Made by a program: the position numbers and the translations under genes. This document shows, piece by piece, positions 10,565 through 20,431 of a stretch of DNA of 64,000 nucleotides (positions within the stretch are counted from its first letter, which is position 1; every line of letters starts with the position of its first letter). The notes under the pieces were generated by a model. It saw only the letters and a list, made by a program, of their open reading frames with translations. It was not told the origin of the DNA and made no database searches. This DNA comes from Candidatus Omnitrophota bacterium (lineage in GTDB: Bacteria; Omnitrophota; Gorgyraeia; Gygaellales; Profunditerraquicolaceae), in the NCBI GenBank assembly GCA_026387255.1, contig JAPLMA010000060.1:465-64464 (forward strand), given 5' to 3'.

Positions 10565-11404
10565 ATGGCCTTATTTGGTAAACCAAAATATACCATTGTT
10601 CGTTTAAAGAAAAAAGAAATTCCTGATGGTTTATGGACAAAATGCGAGGAATGCTTAGAGACTCTTTATAATAAATCACTGGAAGAAAATTCCAAGGTTT
10701 GCCCTAAATGTAATTATCATTTTGGCTTAACCGCGCATGAAAGAATAGAGCTATTGTTTGACCAGGATACTTTTAATGAATTCGATAAAGATATGGAGTC
10801 AGCTGATCCGCTCGATTTTAAGGGGCCCAAAACCTACAAAGATAAAATCAAGCAGGATCAGGAGGCAACCGGGTTAAAAGATGCCGTTATATCCGGAGAA
10901 GGTAAAATTAAATCCCGGCCGGTTGTGGTGGCGGTTACGGATTCTCGCTTTATTATGGGGTCGATGGGTTCGGTAGTTGGTGAAAAAATTACTCGAGCAA
11001 TTGAATATGCCACAAAAAATAAGCTGCCCATGATTATTGTTTCTGGTTCAGGTGGAGGGGCGCGGATGTATGAAGGTTTATATAGCCTAATGCAGATGGC
11101 TAAAACCTGCGCCGCTTTATCGTATCATCATAAAGCAAGCTTGCCTTACATTTCTGTGCTGACTAACCCCACGATGGCGGGAATCATGGCTTCATTTGCC
11201 GGGGTAGGAGATATAATTATGGCTGAACCTAATGCGCTGATTGGTTTTACCGGGCCGCGAGTTATTGAACAAACAATCCGGCAGAAATTACCAATGGGTT
11301 TTCAACGCTCAGAGTTTTTGTTAGATCATGGGCTGATCGATATGATTGTGCATCGCAAAAATATGAAAAGCACCTTAAGCCAATTGCTTGACTATCTTGC
11401 TTAA
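10565..11404 (+). CDS. accD: Acetyl-CoA carboxylase carboxyltransferase beta subunit
   Basis: N-terminal C4 zinc ribbon (CxxC...CPKC) followed by a carboxyltransferase domain. Confidence 0.85.
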   Translation: MALFGKPKYTIVRLKKKEIPDGLWTKCEECLETLYNKSLEENSKVCPKCNYHFGLTAHERIELLFDQDTFNEFDKDMESADPLDFKGPKTYKDKIKQDQEATGLKDAVISGEGKIKSRPVVVAVTDSRFIMGSMGSVVGEKITRAIEYATKNKLPMIIVSGSGGGARMYEGLYSLMQMAKTCAALSYHHKASLPYISVLTNPTMAGIMASFAGVGDIIMAEPNALIGFTGPRVIEQTIRQKLPMGFQRSEFLLDHGLIDMIVHRKNMKSTLSQLLDYLA

Positions 11405-11472
11405 GTTTGTATAATAGTTAGTTAGGTTTTCTAAATACTAGCTACTAGCTACTTTTATAAAGGAGTATATGT

Positions 11473-12576
11473 ATGGCTCAGGTAAGTTTAAGGGACGTCA
11501 GTAAAGTTTATCCGGGTAATGTTACTGCGGTGAATAAAGTAAATCTAGGCATTGAAAATAAAGAGTTTATGGTTTTAGTTGGTCCTTCGGGCTGTGGTAA
11601 ATCCACCACCTTAAGAATGATCGCGGGTTTAGAGGAAATAAGCTCTGGTGATGTCTATATTGGAAATAAGCGGGTTAATGATGTTCCAGCAAAAGATCGG
11701 GATATTGCTATGGTTTTTCAGAATTACGCTCTTTATCCGCATATGACGGTTGAAGAAAATATGTCATTTGGCTTGCGGCTTAGGCGCATCTCTAAACAAG
11801 AGATTGGGCAGCGAGTTAATGAAGCGGCCGAAATTCTAGGGATTAAAAGATTGTTGAAGCGTAAACCCCGCGAACTTTCTGGTGGAGAGCGACAAAGGGT
11901 AGCTGTCGGCAGGGCGATTGTAAGAAAACCGATGGTTTTTCTGTTCGATGAACCTTTAAGTAATCTTGACGCCAAGATGCGCGTACAGATGCGCACCGAG
12001 ATTCATAAGCTACATATTCGGTTACAGACTACTATTATTTATGTGACGCATGATCAGGTGGAAGCGATGACGATGGGAGATCGTATCGCCGTGATGAAAG
12101 ATGGCCTCATTGCTCAGTTGGGGGACCCGATTGATGTTTATGATCATCCGAAAAATAAGTTTGTTGCCGGTTTTATCGGTTCGCCACCGATGAATTTTAT
12201 GCAAGGCAAGATTATTAAAAAAGACGGCAAGCTCTATTTTGATGAAGGCAAGATTCAGGTAAAACTGGTAGAGGATATGCATAAGAAGATGATTAATTAT
12301 GTTAATCATGAAATATTATTTGGTATTCGTTCTGAAGATATTTATGATAAATTATTTGTTTCGCAGGCCCCACCGGAAAATGTAGTTCGGGTAAACTGTG
12401 AGGTATTTGAACCGATGGGTTCAGAGGTTTATCTCTACCTGAACACGGGTAAGCATACCTTTATTGCCCGGGTTAGCGCGCACGACCGTCCTAAGGTCAA
12501 TCAGGAGATGGATGTAGTTTTCGATATGAGCAAGGTGCATTTCTTTGATAAAGATACTGAAGAAACTATTTGTTAA
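11473..12576 (+). CDS. Sugar ABC transporter ATP-binding protein (MalK/UgpC family)
   Basis: Walker [18 protein letters not shown] signature, Walker [11 protein letters not shown] and a C-terminal MalK-like regulatory domain. Confidence 0.8.
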   Translation: MAQVSLRDVSKVYPGNVTAVNKVNLGIENKEFMVLVGPSGCGKSTTLRMIAGLEEISSGDVYIGNKRVNDVPAKDRDIAMVFQNYALYPHMTVEENMSFGLRLRRISKQEIGQRVNEAAEILGIKRLLKRKPRELSGGERQRVAVGRAIVRKPMVFLFDEPLSNLDAKMRVQMRTEIHKLHIRLQTTIIYVTHDQVEAMTMGDRIAVMKDGLIAQLGDPIDVYDHPKNKFVAGFIGSPPMNFMQGKIIKKDGKLYFDEGKIQVKLVEDMHKKMINYVNHEILFGIRSEDIYDKLFVSQAPPENVVRVNCEVFEPMGSEVYLYLNTGKHTFIARVSAHDRPKVNQEMDVVFDMSKVHFFDKDTEETIC

Positions 12577-12652
12577 GCTCTACTTAAAGTCCCCAATAAA
12601 TCGGTTATTCATTAAAGGCTTTAAGTAAATACATCCGTAACTAAAAAGCTTT

Positions 12653-13989
12653 ATGCAGCAAAATACCATCTCAAAAAAGTTCTGGTTGTGCCTATTATTC
12701 CTAGCGGTTATCCTACTTATAATAAATTCTGCCTTTTTTCATCAAAAAATTAATTTAATTGTTTTTTTTGTTTTTAGTTTAAGTGGCATTTTTATTTTTA
12801 CTTTCCTTTTAAAGTTTTATTCCGCTAAATTACTGCTTATCCAATCCGGCATTGAACATAATCAGGAAGGCATAAATATAATCGCTGTAGAGAACAAAAA
12901 AAATCAAGAGCAAGCTATGGCGGTTAAATTAAAAATTACCCGTTACGATAATTTAAAAAAATTAGTCGAAGATCTTAATCAGAGCTTAAAATTAGAGATC
13001 GTGATTCGCGTATTAAGTTCTACGGTTTATACGCTAATCTCAAATAGTGCCGGGGTGGCTCTTTTTTACTTGGTGGATAGTCAGCAGCAAAAACTAAATT
13101 TGGTCTATTCGATGAAAGACGATGCAGAGCTAGTTGTACTTTCTAAAGAAGGTGATCTTTTTGATCAGTGGGTCTTAAGGCATTCCAGCCAGTTAATTAT
13201 TGAGAATCTGAAAAATGATTTTCGGTTTGATGTTGACAGCATGGGTAAAGAAGAGATGCGTTCGGTTTTATCTTTGATTAGTTCGCCCCTGATTAGTAAT
13301 CATTCTTTGTTGGGGCTGTTGCGGCTAGAAAGTAAAAAGAACAATTTTTTTGACCAGGATGATTTACGTTTTCTTGCTTTGGTTAGTGATCTGGGTGCAG
13401 TAGCTATGGAAAACAGCCTGCTTTTTCAGAAAACTCAGGAATTAGCGATTCATGATGATCTGACTGCTTTATATACCCGCGGATATTTTATCGACAGGTT
13501 AAAAGATGAGGTTAGACGCGCTCAGCGCCTGGATCAAGATTTATCGTTAATGATGATCGACATTGATTTTTTTAAGCAATACAATGATAAATTTGGTCAT
13601 ATGATGGGAGATTTAGTGATTTTTTTAAGCAATACAATGATAAATTTGGTCATATGATGGGAGATTTAGTTTTAAAGAAGATGGGGATATTATTAAAAGA
13701 TGCGCTAAGCGAATTTAACCCTTTACTATGCCGTTTTGGAGGAGAAGAATTTTTAGTTATGCTGTCGGGGATAGATAAAAAGAAGGCTTTAATTATCGCC
13801 GAAAAACTGCGCCAGAGAATTCAAAGTGAAAAGATAATCTTGCGACGCCAGAATACATATATCACTGTTTCTATCGGTTTAGCTAGTTTACCCCTGGACA
13901 CAAAAGACCAAGATGAATTGGTCCACAAGGCAGATAAAGCGATGTATGCGGCTAAGGAAAAGGGCAGAAACCAGGTATGTTTAATATAA
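12653..13989 (+). pseudogene. TM-GAF-GGDEF diguanylate cyclase split by a 53-bp tandem duplication (two ORFs, 12653-13657 and 13654-13989)
   Basis: ORF1 ends ...DIDFFKQYNDKFGHMMGDLVIF* and ORF2 begins MMGDLVLKKMG...RFGGEEF. The 53-nt unit gatttttttaagcaatacaatgataaatttggtcatatgatgggagatttagt is present twice in tandem (13565-13617 and 13618-13670). Confidence 0.7.
13565..13670 (+). repeat. Perfect 53-bp tandem duplication inside the GGDEF domain coding sequence
   Basis: Seen directly in the sequence. 53 is not a multiple of 3, so the duplication frameshifts the gene. Confidence 0.9.
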
Positions 13990-14794
13990 TATTATTTTTA
14001 ATTATTCTTATCGCCTTTAGTTTATCTTACAAAGAGATTTTTTCTGTCCGGCTTAAGCGTCAAGAAGCCAGCTATACGCGTTTGGTAAATGAACTTAAGG
14101 TCTTGCATGAATTTAAAAAAAGTTTAGATTTGGAAAATAATCTCCTCAATAAAAGATTTGATGATACTCTGGCGCTCTATGAGTTAACTAAAGATATTTG
14201 TCAGAGTCTGGATGAGGAAAAAGTATTTACAATTTTTAATAAGAATTTAAAGAAGCATATTGACATTGGTGATTGTCAATACATTAGGGATAGCGCGAAT
14301 TTAGTTAAATATAAAAATTATCTGATTCTGCCTTTAATTCTAGAGGGAAATCAAATCGCTGGCTATCTGGCGGTAGATAGAATTTTAGAAACAGACAAAG
14401 AAAAGTTTGGAATTCTTACGCAACAGTTTTTAATTGGGTTAAGAAGGGCGCTTTTTTATCGCCAGGTTCAGGAATTAACGATTACCGATGCGCTGACTAG
14501 TGTTTATTGTCGAAGGTATTTTTTAGAGCGTTTTAGCGAAGAGCTCAAGCGTTCTAAAAAAAATAAATTATCTTTAGCCTTTTTGATGTTAGATATAGAT
14601 AATTTTAAACAATACAATGATCGTTACGGACATTTAGTTGGGGATGCCATATTGCGTCAGGTTTCTAAAATTATTTCGCTGGCGGTTAGGCAAATCGATT
14701 TTACCGGCCGTTACATTTAATTGATCTGGCAGATCAGGCTTTATATTTAGCCAAGGAAACCGGAAAAAATAAAGTTTGTTTCTCACCAACCTAA
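13977..14794 (+). pseudogene. Second GAF-GGDEF paralogue with an internal deletion/frameshift in the GGDEF domain
   Basis: Frame 0 ends ...DRYGHLVGDAILRQ...DFTGRYI*. The GGDEF C-terminus IDLADQALYLAKETGKNKVCF continues in another frame (14720-14794). About 60 residues, including the GGEEF active site, are missing between RY and LADQALY. Confidence 0.55.
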
Positions 14795-14821
14795 TTATTC
14801 GATTTTCGTTTTTTGTTTTAA

Positions 14822-15240
14822 CCATGTCTACGCGGGTCCTGTCGAGCCTTGTCTCTCGCCGGGGCGCTTGTTTTGCCCCGGCGAGGCAAAACTGCGCTCG
14901 GGTCGGCTGCGTCGCTCTGCCGAGACATATATTGGGGGCAACCGTGCCCGCTCCTTGCCTCCACGCCCGGCTCGAAGCCAAGGCTCGCCACCCGCTGAGA
15001 GCTTTACTAATTTATAAGCTTTCCGGCTTTTGCTGGAGGCACAATTAGAAGATTTTCGGCACTTCGACTATGCTCAGTGCCGATGGTGAGTGTAATCGAA
15101 CCATCGGCAACAGTGTGCAAGGAATTACGTCGAGCGCAGGCGGTGTCTCTTTAGCGTAAGGAGCCGCGCCGTAGCGAGACGTAAGCCGCCGCACACGGCG
15201 AAAATCTTCGTGCCGGAAGCAAGAGCCGGAAAGCTAATGT
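14822..15240. other. GC-rich non-coding block with dense mutually exclusive hairpins; candidate structured RNA or foreign remnant, family unassigned
   Basis: The block is visibly far more GC-rich than the flanking sequence. The ORFs in it are not protein-like. Hairpins include an 11-bp stem at 14855-65/14875-85 overlapping an alternative stem at 14864-77/14885-97. A pair of overlapping 8-bp stems lies at 15056-63/15076-83 and 15079-86/15101-08. A long-range helix joins 14842-51 to 14979-87. Confidence 0.3.
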
Positions 15241-15326
15241 TGGCATGTTATTAGCGAAAGATAGAACTCGCGTTAGGATAGTATTTATTCCTTGAAAACC
15301 GAAGTGTTTTAATATAAAATACCACA

Positions 15327-16253
15327 ATGGCTAAAAAATTTATTATGGCGATAGATTTAGGCGGTACTAATTTGAAATGTGCTTTACTTGACAATAGTTT
15401 AAAGATTAAAGCCAAAAGCTCTTTTAGCACAAAGAGTTTTGATAGTAAATATAAACTTATTCAGGGAATTACCGATTTACTAGAAAGTTTAATTTTAAAC
15501 CAAAGATTAAAGCGTTCTGCCATCCTGGGAGTGGGTATTGGTGTGCCTGGCCCGGTAGATACTTTAAAAGGGATTGTGCATTTCTTACCGAATATTCCGG
15601 GATGGAAAGAGGTAGGGCTAAAAAAAATTCTGGAACGGAAAATTAAGTTGCCGGTTTTTATTGATAATGATGCTAAGTTAATGACGCTAGCAGAGCATGA
15701 GTTGGGTGCGGCTAAGCACTATAAAAATGTATTATGTTTGACCTTGGGCACGGGAGTGGGCGGAGGTTTAATCATCAATGATTCACTCTACCGGGGTTCG
15801 GATAATGCCGCTGGGGAAGCTGGACACTTCCCGCTTAATGAAAATGGTCCTTTGTGTGGTTGCGGTGCTCATGGGTGCCTGGAGACATATGTTGGTAATC
15901 GTAAAATTATTAAAGCTGCGCGTGAATTGTTTGGCCCCAAAATTACCCTGGAAAGGGTAAGCGCATTAGCCAAAGAGAATAACCCTAAGGCAATAGATTT
16001 TTGGAGCCAGGTGGGTGGAAAGCTGGGTTTGGCTTTAAGTGGGATTGTAAATCTACTTAACCTTGATCTGATTGTAATTGGTGGAGGGGTATCTTACGCT
16101 GGCCCTGTATTATTTGAGAGTATCCGGCGAACAATTATATTGCGCGCAATGCGCCTGCAGGCAAAAAGAGTAAGAGTAGTTAAGGCTAAGTTAGGAATGG
16201 ATGCCGGAATTATTGGGGCAGGATATCTGGTTAGAGAAAGGTTAAAGGGATGA
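15327..16253 (+). CDS. ROK-family sugar kinase (glucokinase-like)
   Basis: N-terminal DLGGTN and the ROK zinc motif GxxCGCGxxGCLE. Confidence 0.75.
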   Translation: MAKKFIMAIDLGGTNLKCALLDNSLKIKAKSSFSTKSFDSKYKLIQGITDLLESLILNQRLKRSAILGVGIGVPGPVDTLKGIVHFLPNIPGWKEVGLKKILERKIKLPVFIDNDAKLMTLAEHELGAAKHYKNVLCLTLGTGVGGGLIINDSLYRGSDNAAGEAGHFPLNENGPLCGCGAHGCLETYVGNRKIIKAARELFGPKITLERVSALAKENNPKAIDFWSQVGGKLGLALSGIVNLLNLDLIVIGGGVSYAGPVLFESIRRTIILRAMRLQAKRVRVVKAKLGMDAGIIGAGYLVRERLKG

Positions 16254-16900
16254 AGATTTTTATTGATACTGCTAATGTTAAAGAGATAAAAGAAGCCAGT
16301 AGCCTTGGTTTAATTGATGGAGTAACCACTAATCCGACGTTAATGGCTAAAGAAGGGCGTGACCCAGGGCTGGTATTAAGAGAGATCTGTGCTTTGGTTA
16401 GCGGCCCGGTGAGCGCAGAAGTAATTGCCTTAGAGTCTGCGGATATGGTTAATGAAGCGCGTCAATTAGTAAAACTGGCTAAGAACATTGTTGTCAAAAT
16501 TCCGCTTACGAAAGAGGGATTAAAAGCAGTAAAGATCTTGGCGGCGGAAGGAATTAAAACTAATGTTACGCTTTGTTTTTCTGCCGCACAGGCATTATTA
16601 GTGGCTAAGAGCGGAGCTACATATGTATCGCCTTTTATCGGTAGGTTGGATGATTTTGCTCAGGAGGGGATGAATCTAATCGGTGAGATAAAAAAAATTT
16701 ATACAAATTATAATTTTAAAACTCAAATTATCGTTGCTTCCGTGCGTAACCCTCTGCATGTAGTTAACGCCGCTTTAATCGGAGCGGATATTGCGACCAT
16801 TCCTTATGCTGTAATTGAGCAGTTAATTAAGCACCCTTTAACCGATATTGGGATAAACAGGTTTCTGGAAGATTATAAGAAAATTTCTTTAAGTAAATAA
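16250..16900 (+). CDS. Fructose-6-phosphate aldolase / short transaldolase (TalC/Fsa family)
   Basis: 216 aa, opening [16 protein letters not shown] with ...GVTTNPTL, as in the TalC/FsaA family. Confidence 0.8.
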   Translation: MKIFIDTANVKEIKEASSLGLIDGVTTNPTLMAKEGRDPGLVLREICALVSGPVSAEVIALESADMVNEARQLVKLAKNIVVKIPLTKEGLKAVKILAAEGIKTNVTLCFSAAQALLVAKSGATYVSPFIGRLDDFAQEGMNLIGEIKKIYTNYNFKTQIIVASVRNPLHVVNAALIGADIATIPYAVIEQLIKHPLTDIGINRFLEDYKKISLSK

Positions 16901-19104
16901 TGATATATAAATTTAAAAATTTCCATCCGTTTAATTCGATAATCTTTGGTCTGATATTGGTTTTTGTTTTATGGGTTAACCTTGTTTCTGCCCAAGCCGC
17001 TAAAGAATCACCAATGGTGATTAATGGTGATAATGTAGAGTACTCTGCGGATAACAAAGAAGTGGTGGCGACCGGTAATATTGAAGTTATTTATAAGGGC
17101 ACCAAGCTAACTTGTAATAGGTTAAAGGTTAATATGCAGACAAAAGAAGGCTTGGCTGAGGGTAATGCTAGAATCCAGGACGACAAGGGGGTGGTTACCG
17201 GAGAAAAGATTATCTATAATTTTGCGAATAAAACCGGGATTATCTCTAATGCTGATTTTCGCGCTAATCCCTATTTTGGCAAAGCAAAAAAAGTTGAAAA
17301 GTTAAGTGAGAGTGAATTTGTGGCTAAGAGAGGCTATTTTACTACTTGTAGTTTAGACCATCCACATTATCGTTTTGCCGCAAAGAAGATTAGTGTATTC
17401 CCGCAAGATAAAATGTTAGCCCAGCAAGCTACGCTTTATCTGGGCACGGTACCGTTATTCTATCTTCCACAATTTAACTATTCAATGAAAGAGCCGATTA
17501 TGCATGTACAGGTTGAGCCGGGTACACGTAAGGATTGGGGCCCGTATCTTTTGAGTGCTTGGCGTTATAATATTACGGACAATGTGAATGGTTTGGCTTT
17601 TCTGGATTATCGCAATAAATTAGGATTAGCAGAAGGTTTCGAACTAAATTATATAAAAACCCCAGTTGGCAAAGGCGATTTTAAATTTTATTATACGAAT
17701 GAAAAACCTGCTGATCAACCAAAAGGAGCGCCAACGGAGTTTCAGCGTTATTTTATGCGTTGGCGCCATAAGTGGAATATTGATGAGCGCACGAATGTTA
17801 CTGCGGAATTCTTTAAGATTACCGATAAAAGAAGAAAGAATGACCCAAACTACCCGAGTAGTCGTAATTTCCTGCAAGATTATTTCTTTCGCGAATACGA
17901 AAAAGATGTCCAACCATTAAGTTACGCATTATTTCATCACGCTTTTAATTATTCCAGTTTGGATCTGCTTCTGCAAGTGCGCACTAATCATTGGTTTAAC
18001 CAAGTAGAAAAAAAGCCGGAGATAAATTACAATCTGCCAAGTTTACAGCTAGGAGAAAGCCCGCTTTATTTTGAAAGTATAAACCAATTAGGCACTTATA
18101 ACGTAAAGGGGAATGCGCAGGGTAATGATTTAACCGATACCCGGCTGGATACTAAAAATACGGTTTCTCTACCCACCAAAATTGCTTTTATTCAATTTAG
18201 ACCTTTTGTTTCCAGCCGTCAGACTTTTTATGATAAAGGCGCAAATGGCCAGAGCGGAATTATACGTACAATTTTTTATAGCGGCGCGGATATGAGTACT
18301 AAGTTTTACCGTATTTTTGATGCCAAAACAAACTTTCTTGGTTTAGATATTAATGGTTTACGCCACATTATTACTCCTACGGTGGGGTATTTGTATACAC
18401 ATCCGCCTACTATTCCCAATAGTAATATAAAACAGATTGATAGCGTGGATTCTATAAATCGCGGCAACACTGCTGCTTTAAGTTTATCCAATAAATTACA
18501 AACTAAGCGTAGTGGACAAAGCGTGGATTTGGTGGATTTTTTGATCACCACTAATGTTGTGCTCGATCCTAAAACAGGAGATAACGCATTTCTTACTCCC
18601 CGCGCAGGAGAGAGCTTGAAAGATAATTTTTCGGATATTCTCTTTAAATTAAAAATATTACCATATTCCTGGATGAGATTTGAATCTGACGCTACTTTTG
18701 CGCATGCAGATCATACGAGTGCGAATTATAATAAATTTTCACTAGCTAGTTATGACCTAAATTTTGATTTGGGCAAAAATGGCTCATTTTCTCTTGGCCA
18801 GCGTTATGAAAGAAAAGGTAAGAATGAAGTTACTCTTGGGTATAATTTTCGTCTGAGCCCCAAGTGGAAATTTGGTATTTATGAACGGTATAACTTTAAG
18901 AAGTCTAGTTCTCTTGAGAGAGGCTTCCAGGAGCAGGAGTATACTTTAACCCGTGATTTGCACTGTTGGGAATTGGATATTACCCTGAACAAAAAAGAAA
19001 TTTCCGGTACCACCATATTCTTTACTTTTAGGCTTAAGGCCTTCCCTGAGAATGAATTTGGATTTGATCAGGCGATGACTAAGAAGAAGTCCGGTACACA
19101 ATAA
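16900..19104 (+). CDS. lptD: LPS-assembly outer-membrane protein LptD (OstA family)
   Basis: Signal peptide, an OstA-like N-terminal domain and a large C-terminal beta-barrel-like region; 734 aa. Confidence 0.6.
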   Translation: MIYKFKNFHPFNSIIFGLILVFVLWVNLVSAQAAKESPMVINGDNVEYSADNKEVVATGNIEVIYKGTKLTCNRLKVNMQTKEGLAEGNARIQDDKGVVTGEKIIYNFANKTGIISNADFRANPYFGKAKKVEKLSESEFVAKRGYFTTCSLDHPHYRFAAKKISVFPQDKMLAQQATLYLGTVPLFYLPQFNYSMKEPIMHVQVEPGTRKDWGPYLLSAWRYNITDNVNGLAFLDYRNKLGLAEGFELNYIKTPVGKGDFKFYYTNEKPADQPKGAPTEFQRYFMRWRHKWNIDERTNVTAEFFKITDKRRKNDPNYPSSRNFLQDYFFREYEKDVQPLSYALFHHAFNYSSLDLLLQVRTNHWFNQVEKKPEINYNLPSLQLGESPLYFESINQLGTYNVKGNAQGNDLTDTRLDTKNTVSLPTKIAFIQFRPFVSSRQTFYDKGANGQSGIIRTIFYSGADMSTKFYRIFDAKTNFLGLDINGLRHIITPTVGYLYTHPPTIPNSNIKQIDSVDSINRGNTAALSLSNKLQTKRSGQSVDLVDFLITTNVVLDPKTGDNAFLTPRAGESLKDNFSDILFKLKILPYSWMRFESDATFAHADHTSANYNKFSLASYDLNFDLGKNGSFSLGQRYERKGKNEVTLGYNFRLSPKWKFGIYERYNFKKSSSLERGFQEQEYTLTRDLHCWELDITLNKKEISGTTIFFTFRLKAFPENEFGFDQAMTKKKSGTQ

Positions 19105-19132
19105 AATTACTAGAACCAAAAGAGGTGCTTAA

Positions 19133-20431
19133 ATGAATATATCAATTATTGGGTCTGGTTATGTGGGTTTAGTTTCCGGGGCTTGTTTTGCCCAGCTCGG
19201 TAACCAGGTTATTTGCGCGGATAATGATGCCAAAAAAATTAGCAATCTTAAAAAAGGTATTATTCCTATCTTTGAACCAGGATTAGAAGAGCTGATTGTG
19301 AGTAATTTAAAGAAGAAACGGCTTAAATTCACCTCTAACATAACTGAGGCAGTAAAGTCAAGTGAAGTAATTTTTATTGCCGTAGGCACTCCGGCGTTGG
19401 AAAATGGAGAAGCGGATTTAACCGGAGTAGAGCATGTGGCGCGCTCGATCGCTGTGAATATGGATGGTTATCGGCTGATTGTGGAAAAATCTACTGTTCC
19501 GGTAGAGACCTGCGCCTGGATTAAGAAGACTGTGGCTACTTACATTAAAAAGAAACATAAATTTGATGTAGTTTCTAACCCGGAGTTTTTGCGCGAGGGT
19601 TCAGCGATAAATGATTTTAATCATCCTGACCGGATTGTTTTGGGCTTAGAGACTCCTAAGGCCAAGCGGATAATGACGAGTTTATATCAGCCTTTAAATC
19701 GGCCGATTTTGGTGACGAATATAAAATCCGCGGAACTGATTAAGCATGCCTCTAATGCCTTCCTGGCGACTAAGATTTCATTTATCAATGCGATTGCCCG
19801 TATTTGCGATAAGGTGGGCGCGGATGTTAAAGAGGTGGCTTGCGGCATGGGTTTAGATAATCGTATCGGCCGCAATTTTTTGCACGCTGGAATTGGTTAT
19901 GGCGGTTCTTGTTTTCCTAAAGACCTGGAGGCCTTTATTACGATTGCTGAGAAATTAGGTTATGATTTTAGAATCCTTAAAGCCGTAAGAAATACCAATC
20001 AGGAGCAGAAGGTTTTTGTTTTACAGAAAATTAAAGATGCCTTGTGGATTATTCGAAATAAAACGATTGCTGTTTTAGGCTTGTCCTTTAAACCGGACAC
20101 CGATGATTTAAGAAATTCTCCGGGTATTGATTTGATCAACGCGTTAATTCAGGAAGGCGCAAAAATCAAGGTCTATGACCCTCAATCCATGGAAAAGGCC
20201 AGAAAAATCCTGAAAAATGTTATTTTTTGTAAAGATGCGTATCAAACTGCCGAAGGCGCCGATTGCCTTATCCTGGCCACCGAATGGAATGAATTTAAAG
20301 AGTTGGATTTTATAAGATTGAAAAAAAAGTTAAAACGCGCGCTGATTGTTGACGGCAGGAATATTTATGATCCTAAATTGCTTAGGGGTTTGGGCTTTAC
20401 CTATATCGGAGTGGGAAGAGGAAATGAATAA
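19133..20431 (+). CDS. ugd: UDP-glucose 6-dehydrogenase
   Basis: N-terminal GSGYVGLV Rossmann fold, catalytic GGSCFPKD and an Ugd C-terminal domain. Confidence 0.85.
   Translation: MNISIIGSGYVGLVSGACFAQLGNQVICADNDAKKISNLKKGIIPIFEPGLEELIVSNLKKKRLKFTSNITEAVKSSEVIFIAVGTPALENGEADLTGVEHVARSIAVNMDGYRLIVEKSTVPVETCAWIKKTVATYIKKKHKFDVVSNPEFLREGSAINDFNHPDRIVLGLETPKAKRIMTSLYQPLNRPILVTNIKSAELIKHASNAFLATKISFINAIARICDKVGADVKEVACGMGLDNRIGRNFLHAGIGYGGSCFPKDLEAFITIAEKLGYDFRILKAVRNTNQEQKVFVLQKIKDALWIIRNKTIAVLGLSFKPDTDDLRNSPGIDLINALIQEGAKIKVYDPQSMEKARKILKNVIFCKDAYQTAEGADCLILATEWNEFKELDFIRLKKKLKRALIVDGRNIYDPKLLRGLGFTYIGVGRGNE

Noticed and set aside
11419-11445. Short tandem repeat tagctactagctac in the leader of the ABC ATPase gene
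   Set aside because: Only about 2.5 copies of a 7-mer. It could be an operator but there is no further support.
116-12309. Numerous 60-130-aa ORFs on the opposite strand or in alternate frames inside dnaK, dnaJ, hflX, accD and other housekeeping genes
   Set aside because: They are fully nested in well-supported conserved genes. They have no RBS or start context and their composition is not protein-like.
14634-15048. ORFs 14776-15048 (+) and 14634-14981 (-) inside the GC-rich island
   Set aside because: They are Arg/Ala/Pro-rich translations of GC-rich DNA with no domain-like pattern. The region is better explained as non-coding.
14822-15240. tmRNA, 5S rRNA, SRP RNA, TPP or c-di-GMP riboswitch identity for the GC-rich block
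   Set aside because: No GGGG...T-arm...CCA tRNA-like ends and no tag ORF ending in LAA. A gccgatggtgagtg stretch resembles the 5S loop-E region, but the rest does not follow the 5S fold. Short matches such as ctgaga and ggcaaaac are too short to be meaningful.
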